This document shows, one piece after another, positions 1-9,313 of a DNA stretch of 64,000 nucleotides. Position numbers and translations under genes: made by a program. Each line of letters starts with the position of its first letter. Position 1 is the stretch's first letter. The notes under the pieces are model-generated. The model was not told the origin of the DNA and did not search any database. It saw only the letters and a program-made list of their open reading frames with translations. The stretch comes from Spirochaetia bacterium. Lineage in GTDB: Bacteria > Spirochaetota > Spirochaetia > UBA9216. Location: contig CAXXYH010000004.1 of NCBI GenBank assembly GCA_963677925.2, forward strand, positions 832,001-896,000, read 5' to 3'.

Positions 1-501
1 ACTGAGGATTGCAAACTCTGTTGCCGAAAGATTCACATCTTCTTCGCTGCTGAGTACTTCGTGCTTTTTTATGTCGATCTGTATTTCATGAACGCGAATC
101 AGCTGGTTTCCGTCATCTTCCCCGTCGGTGTTCCGCCGGAGCACTGTTCTTATGCGGGCAAGAAGCACCCGCGGGCTGAATGGTTTTGTTATGTAGTCGT
201 CAGCCCCAAGTTCTAGGCCGGATATGATATCCGAATCCTCAGATTTTGCAGTCAGCATGATAACGGGAATATCAGAAGTTGTCTCATCGCGTTTGAGTTT
301 TTTGCAGATTTCAAGACCGTCCACGTCAGGCAGCATTATATCAAGCAGTACGAGATCGGGCGCATGCTTTCTTGCATTCTCAAGCCCTTCGATTCCGGTT
401 GCTGCTTTAAGAATTTTATAACCTTCATTTTCAAGGTTGAAGGCTATCAGCTCTCTAATGTCCTGTTCATCTTCGACTACAAGTATTTTTTCACCGGGCA
501 T
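1..501 (-). CDS. phoB: PhoB-type OmpR-family response regulator (3' part runs off the window)
   Basis: Read manually on the - strand from ATG at 501 (RBS GGAGG): MPGEKILVVEDEQDIRELIAFNLENEGY...PDLVLLDIMLPDVDGLEICKKLK...IPVIMLTAKSEDSDIISGLELGADDYITKPFSPRVLLARIR. This is a complete receiver domain, directly downstream of phoU. Confidence 0.9.
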   Translation of the reverse strand, partial: MPGEKILVVEDEQDIRELIAFNLENEGYKILKAATGIEGLENARKHAPDLVLLDIMLPDVDGLEICKKLKRDETTSDIPVIMLTAKSEDSDIISGLELGADDYITKPFSPRVLLARIRTVLRRNTDGEDDGNQLIRVHEIQIDIKKHEVLSSEEDVNLSATEFAILS

Positions 502-513
502 TTCAACCTCCTG

Positions 514-1173
514 CTATAATTCCACATGCTGGCCGGTTTTTGTATAAACCACCCATTCGCAGATATTGGTAACATGATCACCAAGCCGTTCAAGGAATCT
601 GGCCAGGAAGATGAGGTTTGTGGCCTGTTCAATGTTGGCTTCATCTTCTTTATTCATATATTTAAGCATCTTTTTCAGAAGCTTCTTGTGGTTTTTATCA
701 AGGGCATCATCCCGTGCTGCAACATCTCTTGCAAGCTCCTCATCCATATTTACAAAGGCGGTAAGCGCATCCCTGAGCATTCCGCGTGCAGTTTCTCCTG
801 CCTCGGGAATCTGCTGGATGGGGGCAATATAGTCTTCTTTTGAGAGCCGCTTTGCGCCCTTTGCTATATGAACTGCATAGTCGCCTGCCCGTTCAAGATC
901 GGTAATTATTTTTATGGCGCCGGTGAGATGTCTCAGGTCGGTTGCTACTGGCTGTTCGGTTGCAAGTATTATTGACACCCTGTCGAAGAGGGCTGTTTCC
1001 ATGATGTTGATTTTATCGTCTTCGTTTATCACCTGTTCGGCCAGGGCTTCATCCTGGTTTTTCAGAGCCTCTATAGATTTCTTCAATGCTTCTTCAACAT
1101 ATGTACCCATCAGAAGAATCTGATCGTTTAGGTTTGTCATTTCATTTGAAAAATGTAATCTCGGTTTACTCAT
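514..1173 (-). CDS. phoU: Phosphate signalling protein PhoU
   Basis: Two PhoU repeats (EQPVATDLR...DLERAGDYAVHIA; LERLGDHVTNICEWV); lies in the pst operon. Confidence 0.97.
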   Translation of the reverse strand: MSKPRLHFSNEMTNLNDQILLMGTYVEEALKKSIEALKNQDEALAEQVINEDDKINIMETALFDRVSIILATEQPVATDLRHLTGAIKIITDLERAGDYAVHIAKGAKRLSKEDYIAPIQQIPEAGETARGMLRDALTAFVNMDEELARDVAARDDALDKNHKKLLKKMLKYMNKEDEANIEQATNLIFLARFLERLGDHVTNICEWVVYTKTGQHVEL

Positions 1174-1188
1174 TTTTTACTCCGGATA

Positions 1189-1959
1189 TCAGCCGAATCG
1201 GCCTGATATATAGTCTTCTGTTTTTTTGCTTTCAGGATTGAAGAAGATTCGCTCTGTCGGTCCCATTTCTTCAAGGTATCCATGCAGGAAGAATGCTGTG
1301 TAGTCTGAAATTCTTCCCGCCTGCTGCATGTTGTGAGTGACTATAACGATGGTATAGTCCTGCTTGAGTTCATCTACAAGGTCTTCAATTCTCGATGTTG
1401 ATATCGGATCGAGTGCACTTGTAGGCTCATCCATCAGAATAACATCAGGTTCAACAGCAAGAACCCTTGCTATACAGAGCCTCTGCTGCTGGCCGCCGGA
1501 AAGTCCAAGTGCCGGCTTGTTCAGCCTGTCTTTAACCTCATCCCATATTGCAGCCTGTGTAAGGCTTTTCTCAACTATTTCATCAAGAACCTTGCGGTTT
1601 TTTATTCCGTGAATCCTGGGCCCGTAGGCTATGTTGTCAAATATCGACATCGCAAAGGGGTTGGGGCTCTGAAACACCATTCCAATCTTCTTTCTAAGCT
1701 GAATTATATCATACTTTCCATAGATATCTTCGCCGTCATAAAGAATAGTGCCGTCAACCTTTGACCCGACAACAAGGTCGTTCATCCTGTTCAAGGTTTT
1801 TAAAAAGGTTGACTTTCCGCATCCCGAAGGGCCTATCAGGGCCGTCACCTTATTCTGCTCTATCTCCATTGAAATGCCGTGCAGCGCCTTGAAGTCTCCG
1901 TAAAAGAAGTCGAGGTCCATAACGGACAGTTTATTATTATCAGTCATTGTGTTCTCCAT
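1189..1959 (-). CDS. pstB: Phosphate ABC transporter ATPase PstB
   Basis: Walker [10 protein letters not shown], signature [23 protein letters not shown]-terminal YISGRFG. Confidence 0.98.
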   Translation of the reverse strand: MENTMTDNNKLSVMDLDFFYGDFKALHGISMEIEQNKVTALIGPSGCGKSTFLKTLNRMNDLVVGSKVDGTILYDGEDIYGKYDIIQLRKKIGMVFQSPNPFAMSIFDNIAYGPRIHGIKNRKVLDEIVEKSLTQAAIWDEVKDRLNKPALGLSGGQQQRLCIARVLAVEPDVILMDEPTSALDPISTSRIEDLVDELKQDYTIVIVTHNMQQAGRISDYTAFFLHGYLEEMGPTERIFFNPESKKTEDYISGRFG

Positions 1960-1962
1960 AAA

Positions 1963-3612
1963 TCAGTATTTCCTTCTGACAAGTCTCGTAGAAAGAACGT
2001 TAACAATAAGAATTATCACTATAAGTATTGTGGCTGTTGCGAATGCCCGGTCAAAGGAAATACCTTCCTTAACTAGCTGGTATAAGTGGGTCGAGAGGAC
2101 ACGTGCTGATGTTGAAAGGTTCTCGGCCCTCCGGTAGTCAAAGCCCATTGTGAAAAGCAGCGCCGCTGTCTCTCCGACCGCACGTCCTATTGCAAGGATT
2201 ACGCCGGTGAGTATGCCGGGAGCTGCCGCGGGTATTACAACCTTGTATATTGTCTGCCACTTGCCGGCACCAAGCGCAAGGCTTCCGGCCCTGAACGACT
2301 GCGGAACACCCTTTATTGCCTCTTCCGCTGTTCTGATGATTGTCGGCAGAATCATAAGAGTCAGAGTCAGCGTTCCTGAAAGCAGCCCTATTCCCAAGTG
2401 CATGTATCCTACAAAGACTATGAAGCCGAAAAGACCGAAGATAATTGACGGAATACCTGCCAGAGTCTCTGTTCCGAGTCTCAGTATTTTTATCAGTATT
2501 CCCTGCTTTGCATACTCGGTAAGGTAAACCGCTGCTCCTATGCCTATCGGCGTTGAGAAAAGAACTGTAAGGAGAACCATGTAAATTGTGTTAACTACAA
2601 TCGAGGAAATACCGCCGACACGGCCTGCTCTCTTGGGTTCTTCAAAGAGAAACCACCACTGCAGGTTCATACCGGTTTTCCGGTACTGGTAATTCAGAAT
2701 ATCCAGTTTGAGCTCATCCGCTGTTTCGGTGAAAACCAGTCCGACTGCACCGCTTGTGCTGTTGAGTTTTTCAATATAGTCGGCATCCGAAGTGCTTTTT
2801 ACTGCATTTGCAGGAAGTGACTCCGCCGTAAGGCCTGTAAGCCTTAGATATTCATCGTATTCCTTACTGCCGGCCGGAGGGATTATTGGTGTCACCGCCA
2901 GGTCTATGCCGCCTGCGTCCTGCCAGTTTGTGATCTTGCCGCTGAAAAGAGCCTTGAGTCCGTCTTCATCGGTGAACCTTATCTTTATATTATTCTGAAT
3001 CTCAAGGACCGAGCTGTTAACAGCAATTGAGAAGGGAATAACCGGAAGGATTCTCACATCAGATAAATCCGCTTTATCGGCTTCGTCCGCGGAAATTATT
3101 CCAAATCCTCCCCGCTGGGATGCTACTGCACTGATTATGTCGGAAGCTGATCGCATGAAGGTCGCATTTTTTCCGGTTTTGCCTTCAGCACCATCAGGAA
3201 TATAGGGAAAAACATCAAGGTCCTGTTCATTTATATTTCCCCAGTTTGACGGCTTTCCGCCGATAAGTCCGCTTAAATCAGAGAAGCTTATCTCTTTTAT
3301 CCTGACATCCCTGTTGACTATTACAACCGAATCGCCTTCAAGCCAGGGGAGTGGTGTTTCTGTTGTCTTGATATATACATGGTCCTGTTCGAGGATGTTG
3401 TCTGAACGGAACCCGCGGTAGAGAATGAAACCGAGAATATAGACCAGTATTCCGAAGGTTGCTATTGCGGCTGCCCAGAGAAGTCCTGTTGCCAGGTTGT
3501 TCATTCGGTTGGTTTTTATATAGTTAGTTTCCGCCTTCTTTTTCTCGCGTTTCAGAAGATCGTTTAAGACATTTCCGGAATCTACCGGTTCCGCCTGAAA
3601 AGTTACATTCAT
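1963..3612 (-). CDS. pstA: Phosphate ABC permease PstA with a large inserted extracytoplasmic PstS-like region
   Basis: C-terminal PstA core (GIGAAVYLTEYA, LAGIPSIIFGLFG, RAVGETAALLFT). About 250 aa after TM1 contain two PstS-like segments (LIGGKPSNWGNINEQD and LFSGKITNWQDAGGID). Confidence 0.92.
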   Translation of the reverse strand: MNVTFQAEPVDSGNVLNDLLKREKKKAETNYIKTNRMNNLATGLLWAAAIATFGILVYILGFILYRGFRSDNILEQDHVYIKTTETPLPWLEGDSVVIVNRDVRIKEISFSDLSGLIGGKPSNWGNINEQDLDVFPYIPDGAEGKTGKNATFMRSASDIISAVASQRGGFGIISADEADKADLSDVRILPVIPFSIAVNSSVLEIQNNIKIRFTDEDGLKALFSGKITNWQDAGGIDLAVTPIIPPAGSKEYDEYLRLTGLTAESLPANAVKSTSDADYIEKLNSTSGAVGLVFTETADELKLDILNYQYRKTGMNLQWWFLFEEPKRAGRVGGISSIVVNTIYMVLLTVLFSTPIGIGAAVYLTEYAKQGILIKILRLGTETLAGIPSIIFGLFGFIVFVGYMHLGIGLLSGTLTLTLMILPTIIRTAEEAIKGVPQSFRAGSLALGAGKWQTIYKVVIPAAAPGILTGVILAIGRAVGETAALLFTMGFDYRRAENLSTSARVLSTHLYQLVKEGISFDRAFATATILIVIILIVNVLSTRLVRRKY

Positions 3613-4523
3613 TATACAGCCTCCGCCTTGCCCTTCAGGAGGTTGACCAGAAGGTTCAGTATCAGGATGAAGAGGAAAAGTACGATACTCGTTGTGAAAA
3701 GTGCGGTCATATGATCTCCGGATGCGTATCCCATGTCGGTTACAATGTTCATTGTGAGTGTTCGAACCTTTGACAGCGGTCCCTGAGGCATAATCGGAGC
3801 GTTACCTGCTACCATCAGAACCGCCATTGTCTCTCCAAGAGCACGTCCCATACCCAGTACAATACCGGCAATTATTCCTGATTTAGCGGCTGGAATCTGG
3901 ACTCTCAGAATAGTCTGCCATCTCGTTCCTCCCAGAGCCAGTGAACCTTCCTTGATGTTCCGGGGCAGGGAAGTTATCGAAACCTCGGTGATGTTGATGA
4001 TTGTGGGAAGCACCATGATTGCAAGGATGATGGATCCCGAAAGCATGCTGTAGCCGGTACCCCCGAAGGTTTCACGTATAAACTTTGAAATCACTATAAC
4101 GCCGAAAAATCCATAGATAACCGACGGTATGCCTGCCAGCAGCTGAACAACGCTTCTCATGAAGTCTGCTACCCTTGTGCCTGCAATCTCGGCCATAAAT
4201 ACGGCAGTAAGTATCCCGATAGGCACTGCCAGAACCAGTGAACCCAGGGTTACGTATATCGATCCGACAATAAAAGGAAGTATTCCGTACGAAGGATTTG
4301 TATCGTTCGAAGGCGACCAGTCGGTTCCGAGCAGAAACTCAAAGACGCCGACAGACTTGAACAGCGGAAGACCTCTCTGAAAGATGAAAAACGATATGAA
4401 CAATACGCTTACAACCGAAACAAGCGCACATACAAGAAGAATCATCTCAACACTTCTTTCCTGTGCGGCTCTGCGGCTGATATCTTTAAGCATCTTTCTC
4501 TGGTTATCAGAGTTTTGTTTCAA
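3612..4523 (-). CDS. pstC: Phosphate ABC permease PstC
   Basis: LLAGIPSVIYG and GMGRALGETMAVLMVAGN motifs; TTG start with AGGAG RBS. Confidence 0.96.
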   Translation of the reverse strand: MKQNSDNQRKMLKDISRRAAQERSVEMILLVCALVSVVSVLFISFFIFQRGLPLFKSVGVFEFLLGTDWSPSNDTNPSYGILPFIVGSIYVTLGSLVLAVPIGILTAVFMAEIAGTRVADFMRSVVQLLAGIPSVIYGFFGVIVISKFIRETFGGTGYSMLSGSIILAIMVLPTIINITEVSITSLPRNIKEGSLALGGTRWQTILRVQIPAAKSGIIAGIVLGMGRALGETMAVLMVAGNAPIMPQGPLSKVRTLTMNIVTDMGYASGDHMTALFTTSIVLFLFILILNLLVNLLKGKAEAV

Positions 4524-4576
4524 AATATATCTCCTAATTGTTTGCAGGTATAAACTATTAGCAGAGCGTTCTTGAA

Positions 4577-4605
4577 TTGTTAGAAGTTTGTTAGGATTGT
4601 GTTAA
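4577..4605 (-). promoter_or_regulatory. Pho-box-like direct repeats upstream of pstC
   Basis: Three 7-mers at exact 11-bp spacing (+ strand TTGTTAG 4577, TTGTTAG 4588, GTGTTAA 4599; - strand TTAACAC/CTAACAA/CTAACAA). This matches the 11-bp periodicity of PhoB/PhoP sites. Confidence 0.75.
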
Positions 4606-4637
4606 AAAGCAAAGCTCGGTTAGCTTTGCTTTTTAAC
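4601..4637. terminator. Perfect 16-bp inverted repeat (bidirectional terminator-like hairpin)
   Basis: GTTAAAAAGCAAAGCT-cggtt-AGCTTTGCTTTTTAAC. Confidence 0.65.
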
Positions 4638-4783
4638 TTGAAGTATTTTTTGTTAAATCAGACAGATGAAGTGAGATAAAACCATAAAAATACTTCATAT
4701 AAATCTACGGTGTAAAAACAAAAGGCTGAAGCTTTTGTTTTAAGTTCGTTGGCATTTTGTGACATACGAAAACATATTAACTC

Positions 4784-4812
4784 TTGACGTTAATAATGTT
4801 AGGCGTTATTAT
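4784..4812 (+). promoter_or_regulatory. sigma70 promoter of higBA with an overlapping imperfect palindrome (probable HigA operator)
   Basis: TTGACG(4784)-17 nt-TATTAT(4807). TAATAA-tgttaggcg-TTATTA (4791-4811) spans the spacer and -10. Confidence 0.65.
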
Positions 4813-4819
4813 TCTATTA

Positions 4820-5101
4820 GTGATTGAATCATTTAAAAACAAAGAAACCAGAAAAATCTGGGAAGAAATTTACTCAAAACGATTTCCTAAAGATATTCAG
4901 AGAATAGGTTTGAGAAAGCTTATCATGATTCATCGAGCGAAAGATGTAATTGATTTAAGAGTTCCTCCGGGAAATCATTTAGAACAATTAACTGGAAATA
5001 GGAAGGGCCAATATAGCATAAGAATAAATAATCAATGGAGAATATGCTTTCATTGGAGTAGCGGTTCTGCAAGTGATGTAGAAATAACAGATTATCATTA
5101 G
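4820..5101 (+). CDS. higB: HigB-like (RelE/ParE superfamily) toxin
   Basis: From GTG 4820: MIESFKNKETRKIWE...DLRVPPGNHLEQLTGNRKGQYSIRINNQWRICFHW...VEITDYH, typical HigB_toxin motifs. Confidence 0.93.
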   Translation: MIESFKNKETRKIWEEIYSKRFPKDIQRIGLRKLIMIHRAKDVIDLRVPPGNHLEQLTGNRKGQYSIRINNQWRICFHWSSGSASDVEITDYH

Positions 5102-5102
5102 T

Positions 5103-5408
5103 ATGGGTGAAGATATGGAAAGAATACCTGCAATAACGCCTGGAGAGATTTTATTAGAAGAATTTCTCATTCCCTTGAATATTTCAGCTTATCGATTGGC
5201 TAAAGACACCAATGTACCAGCCACAAGGGTTTCCCAGATAATAAAGGGAAATAGAAAGATAACAGCAGATACAGCTTTGAGATTTTCGAAATATTTTGGA
5301 AATTCTGCAGATTTTTGGTTAGGGATTCAAGATGAATATGATTTAAGAAAAGAAAGAGAAAAAATCGCTTACGAATTAGAAAGAATACCTCAAATAAAAG
5401 CCTCTTAG
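5103..5408 (+). CDS. higA: HigA antitoxin (HTH-XRE)
   Basis: TPGEILLEEFLIPLNISAYRLAK...ITADTALRFSKYFGNSADFWLGIQ; follows higB. Confidence 0.95.
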   Translation: MGEDMERIPAITPGEILLEEFLIPLNISAYRLAKDTNVPATRVSQIIKGNRKITADTALRFSKYFGNSADFWLGIQDEYDLRKEREKIAYELERIPQIKAS

Positions 5409-5476
5409 TTATCCTTTAATTGTCACAGGCATCAGTAAATTGTCAGGGATTCGTTAAGGAATCAGCTGTTTTCCCT

Positions 5477-5505
5477 TTGACACAGAGGCCCGCGAACTGG
5501 ATAAT
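5477..5505 (+). promoter_or_regulatory. sigma70 promoter of pyrG
   Basis: TTGACA(5477)-17 nt-GATAAT(5500) with a TG extension; ATG lies 8 nt downstream. Confidence 0.65.
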
Positions 5506-5513
5506 ATATCTAC

Positions 5514-7124
5514 ATGAAGAAGTATGTTTTTGTAACGGGCGGAGTCTGTTCCAGCCTGGGAAAAGGGGTCGCTGCGGCCTCTATCGGGACCCTTTTGGAA
5601 TGTCATGGACTGAGGGTCTGCATGGTCAAGATTGATCCATATCTGAATGTTGATGCCGGAACTATGAGCCCCTTCCAGCATGGAGAAGTTTACGTAACAG
5701 ATGACGGGGCTGAAACCGATCTGGACCTTGGAAACTATTTCCGGTTCACATCATCACCGGTCACAAAGAATCAGACAATAACCACCGGCCAGATTTATCA
5801 GGAAGTTATAAGAAAGGAACGTGAGGGACGCTACCTGGGACGTACTGTTCAGGTTATTCCCCATATAACTGACGAGATCAAACGCAGGATTTCTCTTGCG
5901 GGTAACGACAATGACTCTGAAGTTACAATAGTCGAAGTAGGAGGAACCGTCGGCGATATCGAATCGGTTCCCTATCTGGAAGCTGCAAGGCAGTTCAGTT
6001 CCGATGTCGGACGCGAGAATGTAGTTTTTGTACACCTCACACTCGTACCGATGGTAGCAGGCGAGGAATTCAAGACCAAGCCTACCCAGCATTCGGCCAA
6101 GGAACTGCGTGAGATAGGTATTCAGCCTGATGTTCTCCTCTGCCGTTCAACAAAGCCTCTTGATGACGAAATGAAGCGTAAAATTTCGCTTTTCACCAAT
6201 GTTGACAAGGACTGTGTAATCTCTGCATATGATGTAGACGGAACCATTTATGAAATTCCTCTTGTTTATGCCAATCAGGGATTCGATCGCATAGTTCTCA
6301 AAAGACTCGGTCTGGAATATGTTGAGCCGGATAAGTCAAAGTGGGAGAATGTCTCTGAAGTTTACAATAATCCGGCAGATACTATCAAAATTGGTATGGT
6401 CGGGAAGTATGTTGAACTCAACGATGCCTATAAGTCGATCAATGAAGCACTCTGTCACGGCGGAATAGCCAATGGAGTGAAGGTTGAAATTGTAAGGGTT
6501 GATTCCGAAAATCTTGAAAAAGATACTAAACAGCTCAAGCAGCTTGATAATCTCGACGGAATTCTCATTCCCGGCGGCTTCGGAAAGCGCGGTATTGAGG
6601 GGATGATTCTTGCGGCCAACTATGCAAGAACCAAAAATATTCCGATTCTCGGCATCTGTCTTGGAATGCAGATAATGGTAATCGAGTACGCCCGCTTTGT
6701 AGCCGGTCTTGCCGATGCAAACAGTACCGAGTTCCAGCCTGAATGCGAGGCTCCGGTAATCAGCCTGCTTGAAGAGCAGCTTGATGTAAAGGATTACGGC
6801 GGGACAATGCGTCTGGGCCGAAGCGAATCGCATCTGAAGGACGGAAGTCTTATCCGCGAATGCTACGGTACTCCGCTTATTCATGAGCGCCATCGCCACC
6901 GCTACGAGGTTTCGGTCAAATATCGTGAAATCCTTGAAGAGTCAGGCCTGATCATCGGCGGAACAACTCCCGGCAACCAGCTTGTAGAAGCTGTGCAGTG
7001 GCCCAACCACTGCTGGAGCACCGGTGTACAGTTCCACCCTGAGTTCACCTCAAAGCCCACAGACCCGCATCCGCTTTTCGCCGGATTTATCAAGGGCGCA
7101 ATGGAAAAAAAGAGCAGCAAATAG
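5514..7124 (+). CDS. pyrG: CTP synthase
   Basis: KYVFVTGGVCSSLGKG, KIDPYLNVDAGTMSPFQHGEV, GATase motifs GICLGMQ, ERHRHRYEV, QFHPE. Confidence 0.99.
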   Translation: MKKYVFVTGGVCSSLGKGVAAASIGTLLECHGLRVCMVKIDPYLNVDAGTMSPFQHGEVYVTDDGAETDLDLGNYFRFTSSPVTKNQTITTGQIYQEVIRKEREGRYLGRTVQVIPHITDEIKRRISLAGNDNDSEVTIVEVGGTVGDIESVPYLEAARQFSSDVGRENVVFVHLTLVPMVAGEEFKTKPTQHSAKELREIGIQPDVLLCRSTKPLDDEMKRKISLFTNVDKDCVISAYDVDGTIYEIPLVYANQGFDRIVLKRLGLEYVEPDKSKWENVSEVYNNPADTIKIGMVGKYVELNDAYKSINEALCHGGIANGVKVEIVRVDSENLEKDTKQLKQLDNLDGILIPGGFGKRGIEGMILAANYARTKNIPILGICLGMQIMVIEYARFVAGLADANSTEFQPECEAPVISLLEEQLDVKDYGGTMRLGRSESHLKDGSLIRECYGTPLIHERHRHRYEVSVKYREILEESGLIIGGTTPGNQLVEAVQWPNHCWSTGVQFHPEFTSKPTDPHPLFAGFIKGAMEKKSSK

Positions 7125-7149
7125 TTTTGCGTTTAAGTTGATAATTCAG

Positions 7150-7178
7150 AACCCGGGCAGTAGTCCGGGTTTTTATTT
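7150..7178 (+). terminator. Intrinsic terminator after pyrG
   Basis: AACCCGG-gcagtagt-CCGGGTT followed by a T-rich tract. Confidence 0.75.
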
Positions 7179-7179
7179 G

Positions 7180-7296
7180 ATAAAAAGAGTTGCTGAACTT
7201 CTTGCATTATACGAGAATCGTGAAGATCTTAAACAGGCTCTTGAGTATGCCGCAGCCAGTCTTGAAGATAAGATAATTGATTTAAAAACTGCATGA
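7180..7296 (+). pseudogene. Remnant of a DUF433-family (antitoxin-like) gene
   Basis: Reads ...RVAELLALYENREDLKQALEYAAASLEDKIIDLKTA*, resembling the C-terminal half of DUF433 proteins. No start codon or N-terminal half is present. Confidence 0.5.
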
Positions 7297-7312
7297 AATT
7301 TTAATGTGATAT

Positions 7313-9190
7313 TTACCATTCATCATCTTTAGTCGACTCACGCAGGGTCTCAATTCCTGCATTAATAATATCTTTGTCATTTTCTGATTTCCCCATCTGG
7401 CGCAGCTGGGTGTGGTAGAGTCCTGCATAGTAGCCATTTTGCCTGATCAGCTCATCATGACTGCCTGTTTCGATAACCCGTCCGTCACGCATTACGTAGA
7501 TTCTGTCCGCCTGCCTTACAGATGCTATCTTGTGGCTGATCATGATTAGACACCGTCCTTCAGCAAGTCCGGGGAGGCTGTCGATAAACTCTGTCTCGGC
7601 TATCGGATCGAGGTTGGCCGTAGGTTCATCGAGGATGACGATGGGTGCTTCGCGAAAAAGTGCTCGGGCCAGGGCAAGTTTCTTCCACTGGCCGCCGCTC
7701 AGCTGGCTGCCGTCCTCTATGTAGCGTCCGAGCATTGTGTCGTATCCCTGCGGCAGGCTCTCAAGTGTTTTATCAATTCCTGCCTTCCGGGCTGCTTCAG
7801 CAATGTTCTCCGTATTCTTATCTTTTGTTATATCACCAAGCCAGATATTCTCTGCGGCGGAGTAGTGATAGTCGGTAAAATCCTGCTGCAGGACGGCCAT
7901 ATATGAACGTATTGAATCCTCATTCAGGGTACGCATATCCGTACCGTTTAACATTACTATTCCTTCAGAGGGATCATAGAACCTTGAAAGCAGTTTGGTG
8001 AGCGTCGATTTTCCGGCACCGTTGTCGCCGACAATCGCGATAAACTCCTGCGATCCGGCTTCTATGTTAATATTCTGCAGCACCTTTCTGTCGATTCCAG
8101 GGTAGGAGAAGCTGACATTTTTTATAATTATGCCGCTTCTGTTGCCTCCCTGGCTGCTTGTTTCCGCGGAGACTTCGCTTTCATTCTTTTTGATTGCTGG
8201 TTCAAGGTCCATAAAGTCGTAGACATTCTGGAGATAGAGGGTCGATTCATACAATACCGCTCCGCCCTGAAGCAGATCGCCTAAAACCTGCTGTCCCTTC
8301 TGTATAGCCTGAAAAAACAGGACCAGATCTCCAAGCGACCCGTCTGAATAGATGCTGTTGTACGCGAAATACCCGATAAGCCCTGCAGTTACCGCAGCCT
8401 GAATTCCTGTTGTAATAAACTCACCTCTTGTCCGTTTTGCAGAAAGCTCCAGCCTGCCGCTTCGCAGGTCATCCCTGCCTTTTTGAGATCGTTCTTTCAG
8501 CAGCTTTCCGAGTCCTAACAGGCGTAATTCTCGGGCATGGCCCTGTCCTGTAAGCAGCCAGTTGAGGTAATCGACGCGTCTTGCCGCTGTAGTGTTCTTC
8601 ATATACCAGGCGTAGGAGCGCTTTGAATTGACGATCCTGACGGCAACCATGGGAAGGGCTGTTATAACGAGAATGATTACGATATACCATGGCAGTGTGA
8701 CTATCAGCAGTCCGGCTATTCCGGCGGTAGAAATTCCTGAACGGATTATACCCATCAGGTTATTTATAATCTGGGCCGGCAGGGTAGGCGCTTCCTGCTG
8801 GGCACGGTGCATTTTATCAAAAAAATCGGGATTATCATAAAATGACAGATCCAGTTCAAGTGACTTATCCTGAATCAGTTCCTGCATGTAGTCGACCAGT
8901 ATAAGAGACTGCTTGTTGCTGATGTAGCCGCCCACAGATTTTAAAAGGGCATTCAGGATTATAGCTCCGCCGATTGCGATAACATAAGGCAGGATCCGAC
9001 CAAAAGGCTGCTGCGTTGCAACTGCGTCGACTATCAGTTTTATAATGTACACAGGAACAATGGGCAGGGCGCCCTGAAGAAACATAATCAGAAAAGATGC
9101 CGCAGTCAGGCTCCTGCAGCAGTTCCATACAAGCTTTACCGTGCGTGTGATAAGACGAAGATCGCTGATTCGCTTTTTCAGAATTCCCAA
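7313..9190 (-). CDS. ABC exporter, fused permease/ATPase (peptide/RiPP-export type)
   Basis: N-terminal TM domain; GDNGAGKST, LSGGQWKKLALARA, ILDEPT; no C39 peptidase domain. Directly downstream of a small precursor-like gene. Confidence 0.9.
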   Translation of the reverse strand: MGILKKRISDLRLITRTVKLVWNCCRSLTAASFLIMFLQGALPIVPVYIIKLIVDAVATQQPFGRILPYVIAIGGAIILNALLKSVGGYISNKQSLILVDYMQELIQDKSLELDLSFYDNPDFFDKMHRAQQEAPTLPAQIINNLMGIIRSGISTAGIAGLLIVTLPWYIVIILVITALPMVAVRIVNSKRSYAWYMKNTTAARRVDYLNWLLTGQGHARELRLLGLGKLLKERSQKGRDDLRSGRLELSAKRTRGEFITTGIQAAVTAGLIGYFAYNSIYSDGSLGDLVLFFQAIQKGQQVLGDLLQGGAVLYESTLYLQNVYDFMDLEPAIKKNESEVSAETSSQGGNRSGIIIKNVSFSYPGIDRKVLQNINIEAGSQEFIAIVGDNGAGKSTLTKLLSRFYDPSEGIVMLNGTDMRTLNEDSIRSYMAVLQQDFTDYHYSAAENIWLGDITKDKNTENIAEAARKAGIDKTLESLPQGYDTMLGRYIEDGSQLSGGQWKKLALARALFREAPIVILDEPTANLDPIAETEFIDSLPGLAEGRCLIMISHKIASVRQADRIYVMRDGRVIETGSHDELIRQNGYYAGLYHTQLRQMGKSENDKDIINAGIETLRESTKDDEW

Positions 9191-9259
9191 TTTCTAATCC
9201 TTGTTCCAGATAAAATAAAGTATTGCATTAAAAGAGTGAAAAAAGAAGGGCCTGAAAAT

Positions 9260-9290
9260 AAAAAAAAGGAAGCCGTCTGTACCGGCTTCC
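9260..9290 (-). terminator. Intrinsic terminator between the small peptide gene and the ABC exporter
   Basis: GGAAGCCG-tctgtac-CGGCTTCC with an A8 tract at 9260-9267 (U-tract on the - strand). Confidence 0.8.
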
Positions 9291-9313
9291 CTGAATATGC
9301 ATACTAAAATGAT

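Noticed and set aside
7024-7296. 90-aa ORF overlapping the pyrG 3' end
   Set aside because: It crosses the pyrG terminator. Only its last third looks protein-like (the DUF433 remnant).
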